From Puniceicoccaceae bacterium (lineage in GTDB: Bacteria; Verrucomicrobiota; Verrucomicrobiia; Opitutales; JAFGAQ01): a DNA stretch of 64,000 nt. Of this stretch, positions 11,060-21,956 are shown piece by piece. Every line of letters begins with the position of its first letter. Within the stretch, counting starts at the first letter, position 1. A model generated the notes under the pieces. It had not been told where the DNA came from. It saw only the letters and a program-made list of their open reading frames with translations, and made no database searches. The stretch is taken from NCBI GenBank assembly GCA_040224245.1, contig JBEGIR010000026.1, forward strand, positions 414 through 64,413, given 5' to 3'. The translations under genes were made by a program, and so were the position numbers.

Positions 11060-12127
11060 TTAGCTCAGCACTCCGCTGACTCGATCCTTCATCTCCATCG
11101 GGTTTTGAGCCTTGATGATCGCCTCTCCCGAGCTGATGAGTTTCTGATTGTAGAGGCTGAGCAGGTGGGAATCGAGCGTGATCATTCCATACTTTGACCC
11201 GGTCTGAATGTCCGAGGTGATGCGGTAGGTTTTGTTTTCGCGAATCATCTGCGCGATAGCGTTGGTGTTGACCATGATCTCAAAGGCGGCAACACGTCCT
11301 CCTCCAGTCTTCTTGCAAAGCACCTGGGAAATCACCGAAACAATGGAGGATGCAAGCTGGGTCCGGATCTGGTCCTTCGCCCCCGAAGGAAACGCATCCA
11401 CAATGCGATCCACCGTGCGTGCACTGCCGGTCGTGTGCAGTGTTGCAAAGACCAGGTGTCCGGTTTCTGCAGCACTGATCGCCGCTTCCATGGTTTCGAG
11501 ATCGCGCATTTCCCCTACGAGGATCACGTCGGGATCCTGGCGAAGCGCCGAGCGAATGGCATCGGCAAAGCTGTGCACATCAGTCCCGATTTCCCGCTGG
11601 GAGACCACCGATTTTTTATGGGTGTGATAATATTCGATCGGATCTTCGATGGTGATGATGTGTCCATTGCGATTCGCGTTGATCCAGTCGAGCATTGACG
11701 CAAGCGTTGTCGACTTTCCCGAACCCGTCGGCCCCGTTACCAGGATGAGACCTCGCGGACGCAACAGCAGTTCCTTGATTTTGTCCGGCAATCCAATCGA
11801 ATCGAGCGTGAGAATGTCATTGGGGATCTGTCGAATAACGATCTCCGTATTGCCTTTGGAGCGAAACACATTCACTCGAAAACGCGCCTGGTTCTTGTAA
11901 CTGAATCCAAAGTCCACACCGCCCTCAGATTTCAACTTCTGCATGTGCGCATCGGAGGTAATCGCATCTGCAAGCGCAACCGTATCATCCGACTCCAAGG
12001 CAGGTCCATCCACAGGTGTGATGGAACCATCGATCCGAAAACAGGGAGGTCTGCCCACATGAATGTGAAGATCGGAGGAACTTTCCTGAATCATGAGATC
12101 CAGCAGGTCGTGCATTTGGTAATTCAT
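11060..12127 (-). CDS. pilT: Type IV pilus retraction ATPase PilT
   Basis: [18 protein letters not shown], Walker [13 protein letters not shown], the Asp/His boxes and the [20 protein letters not shown] signature. The track ORF extends to 12181, but the ATG at 12127 matches the PilT N-terminus. Confidence 0.9.
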   Translation of the reverse strand: MNYQMHDLLDLMIQESSSDLHIHVGRPPCFRIDGSITPVDGPALESDDTVALADAITSDAHMQKLKSEGGVDFGFSYKNQARFRVNVFRSKGNTEIVIRQIPNDILTLDSIGLPDKIKELLLRPRGLILVTGPTGSGKSTTLASMLDWINANRNGHIITIEDPIEYYHTHKKSVVSQREIGTDVHSFADAIRSALRQDPDVILVGEMRDLETMEAAISAAETGHLVFATLHTTGSARTVDRIVDAFPSGAKDQIRTQLASSIVSVISQVLCKKTGGGRVAAFEIMVNTNAIAQMIRENKTYRITSDIQTGSKYGMITLDSHLLSLYNQKLISSGEAIIKAQNPMEMKDRVSGVLS

Positions 12128-12188
12128 GGGCAAAGCAATTGGATATACAGAAATCGAACATTCGTTCCAACGACCACTCACCCGGAGG

Positions 12189-13937
12189 TCAGCCTGTCGC
12201 GGGATCGACCGGTAAGGTGACAGCGAAGACCTCGTCCAGCGTGGTCCACCCCATCAATGCTTTTTCTACCGCATCCTGACGCAGCGAGGCAAACTCTCTG
12301 TCATGTAAAAATCGACGCAGCCGTTGCAGCGACAGATGGGAGTCCATGAGTTCGCGCAAGGCTTCATCGACTTCCACGATTTCAAAAATCGCCAGCCTTC
12401 CCCGGTATTGTGAGCCATCCTGCCCTGCCTGAAAAAAGGTCGCACCCGCGAGTTCCTCAAATCCCGGACCGAGCATTCGCACCTGCCACGGTTGAATCAC
12501 AAATGGCAGCGCTGCCTGTGCCGCGATACGACGGACCAGTCGCTGGGCCAGCACGGCGCGTAACGCAGCGGCCAGCAGCGCTGGGCGAACGCCCATGTCC
12601 ATCAATCGAGTGAACGCACTGGGCGCGTCGTTGGTGTGCAAGGTGCTGAATACCGCATGTCCCGTCAACGCAGCGTGCACCGCAATGTCGGCAGTTTCAG
12701 TGTCCCTGATCTCCCCAACCATGATCACATTCGGAGCCTGGCGCAGCATCGAACGAAGGGCTGCACTGAAGGTGAGTTCCACCTCGGGTCGCACCTGCAC
12801 CTGATTGATACCATCCATCTGGATTTCCACCGGATCTTCAATCGTGAGAATCTTGCGTGAAGCCTCATTGAGATGACTCAATGCGGAATACAGTGTAGTG
12901 GATTTCCCGGACCCTGTCGGCCCCGTGACCAGCACCATTCCGTCCGGCGCGGTGATGGCTCGTTCGAATGCATCCCGATGCGCAGGCAGCATTCCCAACT
13001 CATCGAGATCGAGCTGCATACTCTGTGTATCGAGGATGCGGATCACGATGCCTTCACCGTGAGTCGATGGCACCGTCGAAACCCGAAAATCCACCGAACG
13101 TTCCGCGTCATCCACCTGAAAATGACCATCCTGTGGCAATCGTTTTTCGGCAATGTCCATGCCTGCCATCAGCTTGACCCGTGAGAGGATCGCTTCCTGA
13201 CGCTCCAACGCGGGTTGGTCAAGGCGCTGGAGCACACCATCCACACGACACCGGATCTGGAAGTGTTGCGCCATGGGTTCAAAATGAATGTCCGATGCCC
13301 GGCGCCGCATGGCTTCCGTCAAAATCCAATCCACATAGCGACTCACCTGGCCCTCCAGATCCCCATCCCGCGCACTTCTTGTGCTTGGAGGCGATTCCTG
13401 CACCATGCCGAGTTTTGACACTTGCATCGCAGCCGATGTGGTTTCATCCACCCGCACCCTTTCTTCCGGGACGTTCGCTCCATAGAGGCGATTTCGCCAG
13501 CTCTGAAAGCTTGCCTTCGGGACCAGCACCACTGCCACATCCATATCGAGCTGACAGGCAATCCGATCAAGCGCATCATAATCGCAGGGATAGGTCTGCG
13601 CGAGCGTGAGTTCTCCTTCTGCAGACTCCAGGGGGATCACGGAAAATTCATCGACAACCGCTGCGGGCACCCATGCGCGCAGATGCTGCGCTTCAGATTC
13701 CGACAGAGCCTCATCCAGATGACTGCGAAAGCCTATCCCTTCCCGATCCGCAATGCATTGCAGCAGTGCTTCCTCATCCAGCCACTGCCGCTCGATCACC
13801 GCATCGTACACCGCTGACTCGCGACGCATGGGATGGGTGTCAACGCCAAGACTCTCGATCAAGGCGTTGGCATCTTCGCTCGTGCAATAACCCTTCCCGA
13901 TCAGAAGGCGGAGGAGAAAACTGTGAACAGGAGGCAC
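12189..13937 (-). CDS. GspE/PilB-family secretion or pilus-assembly ATPase (paralog 1)
   Basis: SDIHFEP, RVDGVL, Walker [13 protein letters not shown] and [19 protein letters not shown]. Adjacent to pilT. Confidence 0.9.
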   Translation of the reverse strand: MPPVHSFLLRLLIGKGYCTSEDANALIESLGVDTHPMRRESAVYDAVIERQWLDEEALLQCIADREGIGFRSHLDEALSESEAQHLRAWVPAAVVDEFSVIPLESAEGELTLAQTYPCDYDALDRIACQLDMDVAVVLVPKASFQSWRNRLYGANVPEERVRVDETTSAAMQVSKLGMVQESPPSTRSARDGDLEGQVSRYVDWILTEAMRRRASDIHFEPMAQHFQIRCRVDGVLQRLDQPALERQEAILSRVKLMAGMDIAEKRLPQDGHFQVDDAERSVDFRVSTVPSTHGEGIVIRILDTQSMQLDLDELGMLPAHRDAFERAITAPDGMVLVTGPTGSGKSTTLYSALSHLNEASRKILTIEDPVEIQMDGINQVQVRPEVELTFSAALRSMLRQAPNVIMVGEIRDTETADIAVHAALTGHAVFSTLHTNDAPSAFTRLMDMGVRPALLAAALRAVLAQRLVRRIAAQAALPFVIQPWQVRMLGPGFEELAGATFFQAGQDGSQYRGRLAIFEIVEVDEALRELMDSHLSLQRLRRFLHDREFASLRQDAVEKALMGWTTLDEVFAVTLPVDPATG

Positions 13938-13956
13938 AACGCGCCATCCTGTGTCA

Positions 13957-15984
13957 TCACCTCGCCGCTGTCATCAAAAATTCCGCATTCGATCCGGTTT
14001 TTTTCACCTTGGAAATCAGCATTTCCATCGCATCGGTGGAGGGTACTCCCTTCATCGCACGTCGCAGACCATAAATTTTCTGCAACTCATCCGGATGGTA
14101 CAGCAGTTCCTCCTTGCGGGTACCGCTCTTTTCCATGCTCAGCGAAGGAAAGACGCGCTTGTCCACCAGGGCGCGATCCAAATGAAGCTCCATGTTACCC
14201 GTTCCCTTGAACTCCTCAAAAATGACTTCATCCATTTTGCTTCCAGTCTCGACGAGCGCGGTGGCGATGATGGTGAGGCTGCCTCCTCCTTCGATATTGC
14301 GTGCCGATCCGAAGAATCGCTTGGGTTTTTGCAGCGCATTGGCCTCAACTCCCCCCGAAAGGATTTTGCCGGAGTTCGGCATGACCGTGTTGTAGGCCCG
14401 GGCCAATCGGGTGATCGAATCGAGCAGAATGATGACATCCTTGCCCGCCTCCACCATGCGCCGGGATTTTTCGATCACCATTTCAGCAGCGTGCACATGG
14501 CTCTCGGCATTTTCGTCAAAGGTCGAACTGATGACCTCACCGCCCTTTACCCTGCGCCGGAAATCCGTCACTTCTTCGGGGCGCTCGTCGATCAGCAGGA
14601 TGATCAGGTGTGCGTCAGGATAGTTTCGCTGAATCGAATTGGCCATGCCCTGCATCAACACCGTTTTACCCGTGCGGGGTGGCGCAACAATCAATCCCCG
14701 CTGACCAAATCCGATCGGTGAAATCAGGTCGACCACCCGCATGGAAACCTTGTTGGCATCCTCCTGCTTGTCAGACTCCAGAAAAATGCGACTGGTCGGA
14801 TAGTAGGGAATCTGTTCCGTGAAGGGGACCAGTTCGTTCGCCTTTTCCGGTTCCATGCCCTGCACCTGCAGCACTTCGACCACCAGCGGACACGACGCTT
14901 CCTCTACTGGCGGGATGACCCGGCACTTCAATTCATGCCCCCGCAGCAATCCAAATTTCTTGATGAAAAAGGCGGGTACAAAAGCGCTGTGCGCACGAAG
15001 CCGATAGCTGTCCGAGCTGTAAGTGAGCAAACCGTTGCCATCTGCAAGCACCTCAAGAATACCCCGCAACTCGATGCGCTGCTGTTTCCCGTGAGCATGG
15101 CTCAAGAGTCGCTCAATCAGCTGCTTGCGATTGGGTGCCGACGGAAGCTGCTCACCAGTCGCTTGTGCCGCCTCACGCAACTGGTCCAGCGGCAGTGTAT
15201 ACGCTTCGTCAAACGCAAAAACCTCATCTGTCAGTTCGGGCTGCTGTTCGGCAATGTAGCTGGCAAGCGCAGATTCACTCTGGATGGTTTCCCATTCGGG
15301 CAGTTGCCCCAGTTCCAGGGAATTGTCGATATCAGCGTTGAGGCCATCAATCTTGAAGCGATCTTTCTTTCCTTTTTTAGGACCACCACCTTGCTGCTGT
15401 TGTTTGTGCTTCTGCTTCCACTGCTGCTGTTTTTTCTTGCGATTGGACATCTGCCCCTGCTGGCCGCCATGACCATGAGGTCCCTTGTTCGGTTTGTTGC
15501 CCTTGTTGAAATGGGGGTGGTTTCCCTTTGAAAAGCCCTGTCGGTTTCCAGAGTTGGATTCTCCATCAGCGCCAGAGCCAGCGTCGTCATTCGATCCTTG
15601 CGCTGATTCTTTTGTTCCGTTGTCGCTGTGCTTTTCCGCATCCCCAGCCTTCTCGGACCGCTCTTTCGCTGCATCAGCTGCTTCCACTTCGTCGCTGCTG
15701 AAAAGGAGTTGGCGCTGACCTTCCGAGTCCTTTTTCTTTGTCGCCGCACTGCGACGGACCGACCCTTTCTCCGAGCGTTCAGAGGCCCCATCCGAAGCTT
15801 CAGGGGCTACTGTGACCCCATCGTCGGCTTTTTTTCTTCCCCGTCTCACTGGCTTTGGAGCAGATTCACCCTCGGGTGCTTCCGCTTTCTTGCGCGTGGT
15901 CGTGCGCTTTGCCTTGGGTTTCGGGGTTGCATCCGACACGTCAATCGGACCAGGTACAAATGCATCTTGGTTTTCGTCACTCAT
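13957..15984 (-). CDS. rho: Transcription termination factor Rho with a ~265-aa basic low-complexity N-terminal extension
   Basis: The C-terminal two thirds are canonical Rho ([44 protein letters not shown]). The N-terminus is rich in K/Q/G/N. Confidence 0.95.
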   Translation of the reverse strand: MSDENQDAFVPGPIDVSDATPKPKAKRTTTRKKAEAPEGESAPKPVRRGRKKADDGVTVAPEASDGASERSEKGSVRRSAATKKKDSEGQRQLLFSSDEVEAADAAKERSEKAGDAEKHSDNGTKESAQGSNDDAGSGADGESNSGNRQGFSKGNHPHFNKGNKPNKGPHGHGGQQGQMSNRKKKQQQWKQKHKQQQQGGGPKKGKKDRFKIDGLNADIDNSLELGQLPEWETIQSESALASYIAEQQPELTDEVFAFDEAYTLPLDQLREAAQATGEQLPSAPNRKQLIERLLSHAHGKQQRIELRGILEVLADGNGLLTYSSDSYRLRAHSAFVPAFFIKKFGLLRGHELKCRVIPPVEEASCPLVVEVLQVQGMEPEKANELVPFTEQIPYYPTSRIFLESDKQEDANKVSMRVVDLISPIGFGQRGLIVAPPRTGKTVLMQGMANSIQRNYPDAHLIILLIDERPEEVTDFRRRVKGGEVISSTFDENAESHVHAAEMVIEKSRRMVEAGKDVIILLDSITRLARAYNTVMPNSGKILSGGVEANALQKPKRFFGSARNIEGGGSLTIIATALVETGSKMDEVIFEEFKGTGNMELHLDRALVDKRVFPSLSMEKSGTRKEELLYHPDELQKIYGLRRAMKGVPSTDAMEMLISKVKKTGSNAEFLMTAAR

Positions 15985-16114
15985 GAATGAAATATCGTTA
16001 CTGTCAGAAAGTGAAATTTCGCTGAATGGGCTGGCATGGATTCAATCGACTTGGCGATTCGACGGCAGCTCACGCCCACGTGCGGGAGGAAAATGGGGAA
16101 AATCGGACCGGAAC

Positions 16115-16699
16115 TTACGGATGCTGGATGTTGTGGAGACAAACGCCTACCTGCTTCCGCAAAAAATCTAACGAACCATTGTTTAAAATTAAAAAGTCAG
16201 AGCGGCTTGCCTTGCTTTCCTGATCCAGTTGAGCTGCAAGCCTCGCCCGGATGTCGGATTCCTTCATACCACGGACGATCAGCCTCTCGATCTTTGTCTC
16301 CAGACTTGAATAAACTGTTACACTGCAATCGAAGGAAGTTTCAAGCCTTTTCTCGAAAAGCAGTGGAATTTCCACCACTGCAATCTTCTCCAAATTCGTC
16401 TCAAGAAACTGCTGCCACATTTGCCGCACACGGGGATGGATGAGGTGTTCGAGTTCTTCACGCTCAGCAGTCGAGCCTGCAAACACACAGTCACCGAGTT
16501 TGCGTCGGTCAATTCCGCCTTCCTGGTCGCGAAGCTCTTCTCCCCAGCGCTCACAAATGGAATCGATCAGCTCCCGATCTGTGCGCAGCAGCTCATGCAC
16601 TCCCGCATCCGCTGAAAAAGTGGCACAGCCTGCCTCTGCAAATTGACGCAGCACCGTGCTTTTTCCAGATCCAATATCACCTGTGAGCGCAACGTTCAC
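16115..16699 (-). CDS. coaE: Dephospho-CoA kinase
   Basis: P-loop VALTGDIGSGKST at the N-terminus and ~194 aa length. 4-bp overlap with the upstream gene. Confidence 0.88.
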   Translation of the reverse strand: MNVALTGDIGSGKSTVLRQFAEAGCATFSADAGVHELLRTDRELIDSICERWGEELRDQEGGIDRRKLGDCVFAGSTAEREELEHLIHPRVRQMWQQFLETNLEKIAVVEIPLLFEKRLETSFDCSVTVYSSLETKIERLIVRGMKESDIRARLAAQLDQESKASRSDFLILNNGSLDFLRKQVGVCLHNIQHP

Positions 16700-18984
16700 G
16701 GTCTGGTTTCCGACGATTTGCCTTCCGGAGCGCTCGCGAGGTGGCGCATCTGCCCATCAGCCCGGGCCCGATGTTCATTGGATTCCTGCAAATGATAGGG
16801 TGTTGAATTTTCCCAGGCTGGCCGCCGGAGTCCCTCGTAGGAATCCCACACCATCGCCGGAAACTGCAAGTGTTCGTATTCCTGCTTCAGCTCCGTCTCG
16901 CCCCATTGGGCCTCAGGGCAAAGCACCCATCGAAACGTGTGCACCCCAAGATCACCCGCAACCGAAAGTGATGGGCGCTCTGTCGGTTGCCCTGAACGCT
17001 CTTGCGGGGAGCGCAGCAGCAGCAGGCTCAGGCATTGCGCCTCATGTCGAATCGCCAGCGCATCGGTCGAAATCAGCGCCAGTGAACAGGATGAGCCATG
17101 CGCGCGCGTCCACCCATGAAAGGGATACACCGCCCCGCCTGAATCACGCAGCTCCGGTTTGGTACCGGCAGCATCCAACCATTGGGGAACCTCCTGATCG
17201 AGGTAAAGGTTGAGTTCCAGATGATGCCGAGGTTCCACATACGCGATCCGCAACGTCTGGTAGATGCGGGGATCACCCTCACAGAGCTGCAGGTGCCATT
17301 CGAACGGAGAGTTTCCAATGCGTCCTCGATTGACCATGCCAACACGAAGTCTGCCCTCTTCCACAATCTCCCATCCATCACTCTCGACGCCCGCTCCATA
17401 GACCTGCGGCCCGGATGTGCGATCCAGCACGCCGGCATCCATGCGATCTTCATAGAGCGTCAGCGACATGCCCAGCTTGCCCAAGAGATTCATTTCACGG
17501 TCGCGCATGGGTGCGATGCGGTTGATGCTGCGCGGGCTGACCCTCAGGCACCAGTGATCATTTTCAATCGTCGTCTTGAGCACTCGCAAGTGTCCCTCAG
17601 GAACAACGGGTTCAACGCCTCCGGCATCCACGAGAATGTCGGGAAACTCTCGCAGCAGGTAACGGGCAACGCCGGATTCTGGAATCTTCGCGCGAAACAG
17701 CAGGCGGTGAATGCGTGGGTCGCCACTCGTGCTCGGCAACAGGTCAAAAGGCACGGGATTGCCTTCACTGTCGCAGAGTTGACGCTTTCCCCAGGGATCA
17801 AAATCCAGATTTGGCTCGTGTTCGATCCAAACCTCCTGTGCAAGCCGTCGGCTTTGCATCACAATCAATTGCTGGTAGTTGAGCGGTTCCAGATGCTTGC
17901 GTGCCCAGGAGCGGCTGATCCCGTACATCCAGTCCCTGGCAGTGCGCGCCACGCGCAACTGGAATGTTTCAAGATCCTCCACATCCTCAAACCGCAGTCT
18001 GCTACGCTGCAGGCAGGCATGGGAAGCATCCATGAGGTCCTGCCAAAGGTCATCCAGTCCGTTCTCCACCTTTTTCACCATCGCCCGGTCACCCCGCAAT
18101 TCACTGAGTTGCTCGACCTGCTCGAGCATGGATTCCACCTTTCGCTGTTGCACCTGAAGCCGCCGATGGTTCAACAGATCGCACAACAGTGGAGCTCCGA
18201 TCGGACCTTCATGCACCGGAAAACTGTCCGACATCAAAATGGCGTGTGCAAAAAAGTCTTCCAACGTGCTGAATTTGAGTTCCACGTTCTCAAAAGCCTC
18301 CCGGTGGGAACGGATGTACTCGATGTTTTCTTTTGTCGGACCTCCCCCATGATTACCGACGCCATAGAAACACAGTGCATGCGCCAACACGATGTTTCCT
18401 GCTTCCACGCTCTCCATGATCTGCCCGTACAGCTCGTGAGAACGCGTTCGGTAGTGGGGATGCAGACGATAACAAATCAGCTCCCGTTCAGAATCACAGC
18501 GCCACCGAAAAATGGAACTTCCCGCCACCGCTTCCTCCGCCTCGTTCGAAACATAAACCATCGCCTGGTATCCTGCATCCAGCAGTTGCCGACAGGTTGC
18601 CATCGGGAAGCTCCGTGCCTCCAGATTCATCGCAACCTGGGGTTGAGTGCCAAAGCGCGAGAGACAGTAACGATGCCCTGTCCAGACCTGACGCTTCCAC
18701 ATCGCATCGGTGATCAAGTGCGGGTCGGACAGACCGTAAGTTCCCTGGGCAATGCTCCATTGTCCCTTTTTCGCAAGGCGTCGGATGCGTTTGAACAGCG
18801 AGGGATCCAGCTGCTCCACCACTTTCAATGCCCAAACGTCTCCGAAGGTGAATTTGAAATCCGGGTATTCTTCACAGCGTTCTGTTGCGGAGCGCAGTGT
18901 GGCCATGGCCTCATCCCTGCCCGCTTCATACGACCACGCGCCGGCCGGTTGCAGGTGGGCATTTCCTATCATGTGCACGATCAT
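16696..18984 (-). CDS. Glycoside hydrolase family 38 (alpha-mannosidase)-like protein
   Basis: MIVHMIGNAHLQPAGAW..., FYGVGNHGGGPT and the overall length and domain order resemble GH38. The probable start is the ATG at 18984, because the track ORF (to 19116) overlaps the nitroreductase gene region. Confidence 0.55.
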   Translation of the reverse strand: MIVHMIGNAHLQPAGAWSYEAGRDEAMATLRSATERCEEYPDFKFTFGDVWALKVVEQLDPSLFKRIRRLAKKGQWSIAQGTYGLSDPHLITDAMWKRQVWTGHRYCLSRFGTQPQVAMNLEARSFPMATCRQLLDAGYQAMVYVSNEAEEAVAGSSIFRWRCDSERELICYRLHPHYRTRSHELYGQIMESVEAGNIVLAHALCFYGVGNHGGGPTKENIEYIRSHREAFENVELKFSTLEDFFAHAILMSDSFPVHEGPIGAPLLCDLLNHRRLQVQQRKVESMLEQVEQLSELRGDRAMVKKVENGLDDLWQDLMDASHACLQRSRLRFEDVEDLETFQLRVARTARDWMYGISRSWARKHLEPLNYQQLIVMQSRRLAQEVWIEHEPNLDFDPWGKRQLCDSEGNPVPFDLLPSTSGDPRIHRLLFRAKIPESGVARYLLREFPDILVDAGGVEPVVPEGHLRVLKTTIENDHWCLRVSPRSINRIAPMRDREMNLLGKLGMSLTLYEDRMDAGVLDRTSGPQVYGAGVESDGWEIVEEGRLRVGMVNRGRIGNSPFEWHLQLCEGDPRIYQTLRIAYVEPRHHLELNLYLDQEVPQWLDAAGTKPELRDSGGAVYPFHGWTRAHGSSCSLALISTDALAIRHEAQCLSLLLLRSPQERSGQPTERPSLSVAGDLGVHTFRWVLCPEAQWGETELKQEYEHLQFPAMVWDSYEGLRRPAWENSTPYHLQESNEHRARADGQMRHLASAPEGKSSETRP

Positions 18985-19127
18985 GGTAACAAACCTTGTG
19001 GCGGGTGACGGCATTGCAGGGCAGGACGGATTCCGTTGACCAACCTGCAATTCCAAATGGGTTGAACCCATTGCAATAATGCGTTTCGATGGTGGCTGTA
19101 AAGACAACTTACCCAACTCATGCTTTC

Positions 19128-19637
19128 ATGAACCTTCTCGAAGCCATTCGAACCCGCCGCAGCATCCGCAAATTTCTCCCCAAAGCCGTCGAGAAAAAAG
19201 ATCTTCAAACGATGCTTGAAGCGGCGATGGACGCACCCTCCGCCCTGGATGAACAACCATGGCAGTTCATTGTGATGACAGAATCGGCAATGCTTCAACG
19301 CCTTCCCGAACACCACAACCACTGCGACCTTGTGCGCGGCGCACCCGCTGCCATTTTGATCTGCGGAGACCAATCCCTCGAAAAACTACCCGGATTCTGG
19401 GTACAGGACTGCGCAGCCTGCACGCAAAACTTGCTGCTTGCCGCTCATGAACTGGGCTTGGGTGCCGTATGGGTGGGGGTCCACCCGACCCCATGCAATG
19501 TCAACTCCCTGCAAACCTGGTTGAACCTTCCCGATTCCGTTGTTCCCTTTGCACTCGTCGCGGTTGGCTACCCCGACGAACCCTATCCCGAAAAAATCAA
19601 CTTCAAGCCAGAACGCATCCACTGGAACCGCTGGTAG
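19128..19637 (+). CDS. Nitroreductase-family oxidoreductase
   Basis: MNLLEAIRTRRSIRKF...PWQFIVM is the classic nitroreductase N-terminal signature. The ATG at 19128 is preferred over the track start at 19089. Confidence 0.85.
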   Translation: MNLLEAIRTRRSIRKFLPKAVEKKDLQTMLEAAMDAPSALDEQPWQFIVMTESAMLQRLPEHHNHCDLVRGAPAAILICGDQSLEKLPGFWVQDCAACTQNLLLAAHELGLGAVWVGVHPTPCNVNSLQTWLNLPDSVVPFALVAVGYPDEPYPEKINFKPERIHWNRW

Positions 19638-19894
19638 AGCAGCAGGAGCTTCTCACGCCTTCACCGTAGACATCACTGCACCCAATGCTTGGCCGGGACT
19701 TACCGGAAACGAAGCGAGCACCTGCCCCCACCATTTCAACACAACTGGGTGCGTTCAGCAGCAGGTTCCCTTGTTTCTGTTCTTGATGGGGACTCAAAGT
19801 TCAAATACAACCATTGCCATCTCAAGTTGCCAGACTGCGTTAAGCCTCAGTCCTGCTGTCCCAATTCACCAACTGACTCTCTGACCTTGCTGCC

Positions 19895-21775
19895 ATGATT
19901 GAAATTCGTCTCCCAAAACCCGGCCCGGAAATCGAAAATGCAACCATCACCCGCTGGCAGTGCAAGGAGGGGGATAAAATCCAGATCGGAGCGATCCTGG
20001 CCATCATCAAGACTCCGATTGGTTCCTTCAAGGTCGCTGCAGAGGAACAGGGCATCCTCGAAAGCATCCTGCAGGGAGATGGCGCAACCATCGATTTTGA
20101 TGAACCGATCGCGATCATGCATCCCGATCTGACCATCACCGATTTCCCCAACATGGATGACGAGCAGGACCATACGCTGCCACTGCCCATCGACACAGAC
20201 GCATCCGAAAGTTCGCCGCCGGAAGAAGAAGTCCCGGAATCCGTCGGGCAGGCATCCTCAGAGCCGGAAAACCCGGAAGACAGTCCCGATACTGCGCATT
20301 CCGCGATTGAAGATTCCTCCGTCTCGTCAGAAACCGATTCCACTGAGATCGAATCGGGTGCATTGCGCCTGAAACTCGATCCCGAGGCATCGCTTGATTC
20401 GCAGGATGTCGAACAGGAGACCGACACACCTGAACATGCCGATGCACCGACCAGCGAAGTATCAGCCGAAGAGACCGAATCTGGCCCCGAAGTCTCTCCG
20501 GCAGCTCGAAAGATGGCGGAGCGCATGGGACTCGATTTGCGTTCCATCCGTGGTAGCGGTGACCATGGCAAAATCCTTTATATCGACGTCGAAAACGCCA
20601 TTCAGGAGCGCGATCAGGCAAAAGAAAACCCACCCGCCCCGGAAACCGCCGAAACTCCAGCACCCTCCCTCGACGACGCAGCCCCAGTCATCCCATCCGA
20701 AGCAACTGAATCTCAGCCCACCCTCACTCCCATTGCGGAGCATGAAGCACCCGTTGAACCCGGGGGGAACGATTTTTCCGATCCGCTTCCCGAGACTGCA
20801 CAGTCACAGGATTCCGATTCATCCACCCCTGCACAAACGACACCTCCGCAATCTGAGGACGCGTCCATCACCAACAGCATGGAATCGGATTTCGACTTCG
20901 ATCCCACTGCCAGTTCCGATCCAACTCCCGACACGCGGCTGGCAAATGCAAACCCGAAGGACAGCACTTGGGAGATCGGTTCCATCGAACCCGAACAGAC
21001 CCCGGATGCCCCGATGCCCGATTTTGGGGAAGTTGCCTCACAATTCCACCTCTCCAAACGGGACGATCTGATCATCCCGTTTAACGCAACCAAACGTGCA
21101 TTTGCCGAAAGCCAACTGGAGAGCACACGCTCCGTCCCCCACTTCTACCTCTTTGCCGAAATCGATTGGACGGATGCGCTGAAATGGTTGCATGAGCAGC
21201 ACCAGCGCGCCGGCATCAAGGTCAAACTTACCGATCTCATCGTAAAAGCAACTGGCCAGGCCCTCGCGATCATGCCGGAAATGAACGCCTGCGTGCGCAA
21301 TGACCGCATGATTCTCAAGCGATCCATCAATATCGGCATCTCAACACCCTGCGATGATGGGGTCGTCACTCCAGTGATTCCCGATGTCTACCACAAATCC
21401 ATCGAAAAGATTGCCGAGGTTGTGAAAAAAAACACCGATCTCGCCGTTCGCTCCAAGGTGCTGCTCGACTATGATACCACCTTCACGGTGACCGTGATGG
21501 AGCACCCTGCCATCCATCGCATGATTCCACTCATTACCGCTCCCCAGACTGGAGCTCTTGCCGTGGGCAGCATCCGCCCTCAGGTGGTTCCGTTTGGGGA
21601 CTTCATCGCCATTCGGAAACGCTCCGAACTCACACTTGCCTGCGACAGCCGAGCAATTGACCCGCAAAATGCCGCACGCTTCCTGCAGACCATTTGCAAT
21701 TTGATCGAAGCGCTCAAACCTGGCGAAGCTGATCCCGACTGGACCTGTGGAAATGAGCAATTGCGTCTCATTTGA
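19895..21775 (+). CDS. 2-oxoacid dehydrogenase E2 (dihydrolipoamide acyltransferase)-like protein, apparently degenerate
   Basis: Lipoyl-like N-terminal domain, then a ~300-aa acidic/Pro-rich linker. E3-binding domain VSPAARKMAERMGLDLRSIRGSGDHGKI, and a catalytic-domain fold (VPHFYLFAEIDWTD...AARFLQ). Confidence 0.8.
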   Translation: MIEIRLPKPGPEIENATITRWQCKEGDKIQIGAILAIIKTPIGSFKVAAEEQGILESILQGDGATIDFDEPIAIMHPDLTITDFPNMDDEQDHTLPLPIDTDASESSPPEEEVPESVGQASSEPENPEDSPDTAHSAIEDSSVSSETDSTEIESGALRLKLDPEASLDSQDVEQETDTPEHADAPTSEVSAEETESGPEVSPAARKMAERMGLDLRSIRGSGDHGKILYIDVENAIQERDQAKENPPAPETAETPAPSLDDAAPVIPSEATESQPTLTPIAEHEAPVEPGGNDFSDPLPETAQSQDSDSSTPAQTTPPQSEDASITNSMESDFDFDPTASSDPTPDTRLANANPKDSTWEIGSIEPEQTPDAPMPDFGEVASQFHLSKRDDLIIPFNATKRAFAESQLESTRSVPHFYLFAEIDWTDALKWLHEQHQRAGIKVKLTDLIVKATGQALAIMPEMNACVRNDRMILKRSINIGISTPCDDGVVTPVIPDVYHKSIEKIAEVVKKNTDLAVRSKVLLDYDTTFTVTVMEHPAIHRMIPLITAPQTGALAVGSIRPQVVPFGDFIAIRKRSELTLACDSRAIDPQNAARFLQTICNLIEALKPGEADPDWTCGNEQLRLI

Positions 21776-21956
21776 ACGGGCACGTCACGTCTGCATTCAT
21801 CCCACCTCAAACACCCAATTCCCTGATACTGCGATCCTCCCTGTCACAATGTCTTCGTTTCACGGCGTAAATGCACACGCCCAGCATGCACACGAGAAGC
21901 GTCAGCGTCGATGACACTCGCACACTGCGTGCCTTCAACCTCCTCCATCCTCTGCC

